The position numbers were made by a program, and so were the translations under genes. Of a stretch of DNA of 64,000 nt, positions 61,307 to 64,000 are shown one piece after another (position 1 is the stretch's first letter; each line of letters opens with the position of its first letter). The DNA is taken from contig NC_085842.1 of NCBI RefSeq assembly GCF_035594765.1, positions 16,468,782 through 16,532,781 on the forward strand, given 5' to 3'. The notes beneath the pieces are model-generated. The model saw only the letters and a list, made by a program, of their open reading frames with translations, searched no databases and had not been told where the DNA came from. The stretch is from Anolis carolinensis. Taxonomy: Eukaryota.

Positions 61307-63287
61307 TGATGACCGTCACCCCGGCTTTCAAATTGATTTGAAAACGCAGCGGAGAGTTCCGTAGATCGCTCACCAAAGGAACGGAACGGGACCGCAGCAG
61401 ACTATTATTAAGAGATCTTTTTATTTCACTTTCCCCTTCCCTGAACTATGTAACAAAATCCCCCAATAAAAGTAGCATTTATTTTAACAATAACACTCTC
61501 TATCTGGTTATTTTGTATCTTTCTCTGACTCCTTCCTTTGCATGCAATTTCTCTCTCTCTCCCGTCCCTTTAACTCCGGCTGAGGTTTCTCCGCCATAGA
61601 TTAATATGGCGGACGATACAAATCGGCTCATATCTCTATCAAAATTACCCCTAGAACGCTCCTCTTTTAGTCCTAACCCTTTCTAAGGCTCCTGACTCGA
61701 AGACAACCAGCGGAACCGGAATCGGTCCAGTTTTCGGCACCTCAACAGCTGACTGTCAAACGGGACCGACGGCTCCTTTCAAGCTAAACTGCTGCCTTAT
61801 CCCGGACTTTCCTCTCCCCGCGGCCCGCGGAATGGTTTTAAGAGATCCCTAGCCCCTTTCTGTGAACTGGGGATGGGGGGATCGCTCTCTTGCTGGGGAA
61901 ACATAGTTCTCCAAGAACCCTTACCCTCTCTACAGCTGCCAGGGGGTGCCCGGACGGGTGCCCTCCACGTTTCATTCATACTTTCATAATTTTATGAAGG
62001 AGAAGAACACTCTTCCCCAGACCTACCCCTGGACTTATGAAATCTTATACTCCCAAAGACTATAACCCACATGTGCCCCTTCTTATGTACCTGGACACCC
62101 TCATGACTCACTGTTGTATGAATTTCTAATCGTTGGGCTAACTTCATGAATTGTGAAATCATGCTGCTAGAACTCCACTCTTATGAATTTCCATATTGGG
62201 TTCCCCAGATGTTGTGAACTTCGTTCTTATCAAATGTTTTCAATTGTTTATATCATTCATGATTCCCCTTTATGCAATGTCACCCACCTTTATGGATTCT
62301 CCTTTATTTCCTTGAAATCTATCTATCTGCCTATACGTATTTGTACTCTTTGGGATCCCCGGAAAATATGTATTTTTCCCAGCAGGGTTTATATTCCAAC
62401 TTTATTTTAATTTTCATTCTATCCCATATAATTGTCAAATCATGAAATCAAATGGAAAATATTATGACCCCAACGTGAACCCTAGCCCCCATGACCCAGA
62501 CCTCCCTTCCCAAAAACAAAAGGATAATCTGCCACAGTTTAATCCAATCTCATTCCGATCGCATGGACAATATAGGGCTTGAGTCACCAAATTCCTAAAG
62601 GTGACTCGCCCCCAAGGCAAACATTGTCATATCCCAGGCCAGGACGCCTCAGGAAGGCACCCCTGTGGAGCCCGTCAATGACGGCTCATCACCACCCTTC
62701 TTTACTTCCCGTCTGACACCCCAAAGACATATCTAAAAATCTGTGAACGTGACAGGACCCCGGACATCCTTGATGGGTGCCATTAATTCCTTTAGAAATC
62801 GGCTGGGCCAGAATTAATCTGATATTTCCTGTCCTGTCACCTCATTGTTTCAATAGCTCCCGCCTCCTCCTCTCTGATTGGCCCGAGTGGGGACAAAAAG
62901 CGGCTCCCCATTGGGCCAGCAGAGCAAGGCGGGAAACGAAAGCCCGCCTCGTTCAAACTCTCAGCCTATCCGCGATCAGATGGGCGGGGGAGCGGGGCGG
63001 GAAATTCAAAGGGCTGTCAGACCGAAACATTGTATAAATATGGCTTTATTTGAAACATATGTTACGCTAGTAGATTGAATGATCGCTATTAGCGTCCTTT
63101 TCAGCTGAATTGCTCAATAAAGACTCCTTGGCGGATTTTCCTTCACCCTTGGCAGACCTTCTTCATTTCAGGCTTCAGGTTGTATTGCGGCTTATATTCT
63201 CCTTTTGGCTTCGCCAAGGTCCGTTCCCTCAGGACCGGATCGGGTCTCTCCTTAAGGGCCCGATCCCCTAAAACGCGGTCGACAACA
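61307..63287 (+). mobile_element. 5' LTR (1981 bp) of an ERV-like provirus
   Basis: homologous end-to-end to 44770-46850; TATAAA 63033, AATAAA 63116; followed by a PBS rather than host DNA. Confidence 0.85.
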
Positions 63288-63292
63288 TAATT

Positions 63293-63313
63293 TGGCTTTA
63301 CCACGAAGGGACT
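63293..63313 (+). promoter_or_regulatory. Primer binding site, tRNA-Arg-like
   Basis: TGGCTTTACCACGAAGGGACT resembles the vertebrate tRNA-Arg(TCG) complement TGGCGACCACGAAGGGAC (from memory), 5 nt after the LTR. Confidence 0.65.
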
Positions 63314-64000
63314 TGCTTGGAAGTTCCAAAAAAAATCAATTTTTTTAGGCTAAAATTCCAAGCGGCGACCTTGGTCCAGATATTCTGGAACAGGTTGGGG
63401 AGAGAAACGGCTGCAAGGAGGGCCCTCCGACCAACAATTTGACCTCATTTCACATCCAAATTTCTCTGGCAGTCCCTTTCTCTCTCTAGATCTGATTCAG
63501 GGTACTGAACAAAGGAGCCAGATAGGAGGAAGCAGATTTTTAGCTCCTCGAAGGAAAAGCGCCAACGTGAAACAGGGGACGCCCTGGAAAAAAAAATAAA
63601 AGGGAACCGGCCCCGTTGTTGAGACCCAGGTGGGCGGAGCTCTGGAGGTATTGCACTTCGGATCAGGGCTCGGTAACAAATTCCTGGTGAAACACGGGAA
63701 CATCTGGCACCCGGGGGGCGTGTGAGAACAGTCTGGCTTGTAAGATTACAGGTTCAAGGATCGTGGGGTAGGGGAACGGTTGTGTTCCCGGGGCACCTGC
63801 GGATTCCACGAACGCCAGCCATTCAGCCTTGGTAGAAGGAACTCTTGAAAGGACGAGCTGACCTGGCCGGTTGGGTGAGTCGTTACTCCATTAACTGTCG
63901 GGTCTGGGCAGGGGCTGAGCCAAGGATGGGTGTTTGTTCAGCACGTCTAGGGTGTCCCACCCCAGCAGACATCCCCAGGGATTCTCCATTGGGTAAGATC
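63314..64000 (+). mobile_element. ERV internal leader region (continues past window)
   Basis: non-host, CpG-containing sequence after the PBS, with candidate splice donors (ggtgagt ~63875, ggtaag ~63992); no gag seen yet. Confidence 0.55.

Overview
Eukaryotic (vertebrate) DNA, most likely from a squamate reptile of the Anolis type, judged from Sauria SINEs, BovB, CR1, L2, Penelope, Vingi and R4-type repeats. The window is part of a SCAN-KRAB-C2H2 zinc-finger gene cluster. Four 5-exon genes (SCAN / linker / linker / KRAB-A / ZNF array) can be spliced by hand with consistent phases. Gene 1 (-, 16171-7722, ~821 aa) and gene 2 (+, 21641-27799, ~782 aa) form a head-to-head pair. Gene 3 (-, ~42900-37573) has its array cut by a frameshift after 8 fingers. 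Gene 4 (-, 58934-48647, ~955 aa) has 22 fingers and lies in tandem with gene 3. The 5' exons of a fifth gene run off the left edge, and two decayed units have lost their SCAN exon. The intervening DNA is a dense nest of transposons. The most notable signals are: a ~2-kb LTR present as a solo LTR (4-bp TSD) and as the 5' LTR of a tRNA-Arg-primed provirus, at nearly the same paralogous spot downstream of two ZNF units; nucleotide-level homogenisation of the SCAN core across otherwise diverged paralogues; minimal hammerhead ribozyme motifs in Penelope ends; a Copia relic with a tRNA-iMet-half primer site; and recurrent C-terminal truncation of the finger arrays. All calls are by eye, with no database searches.
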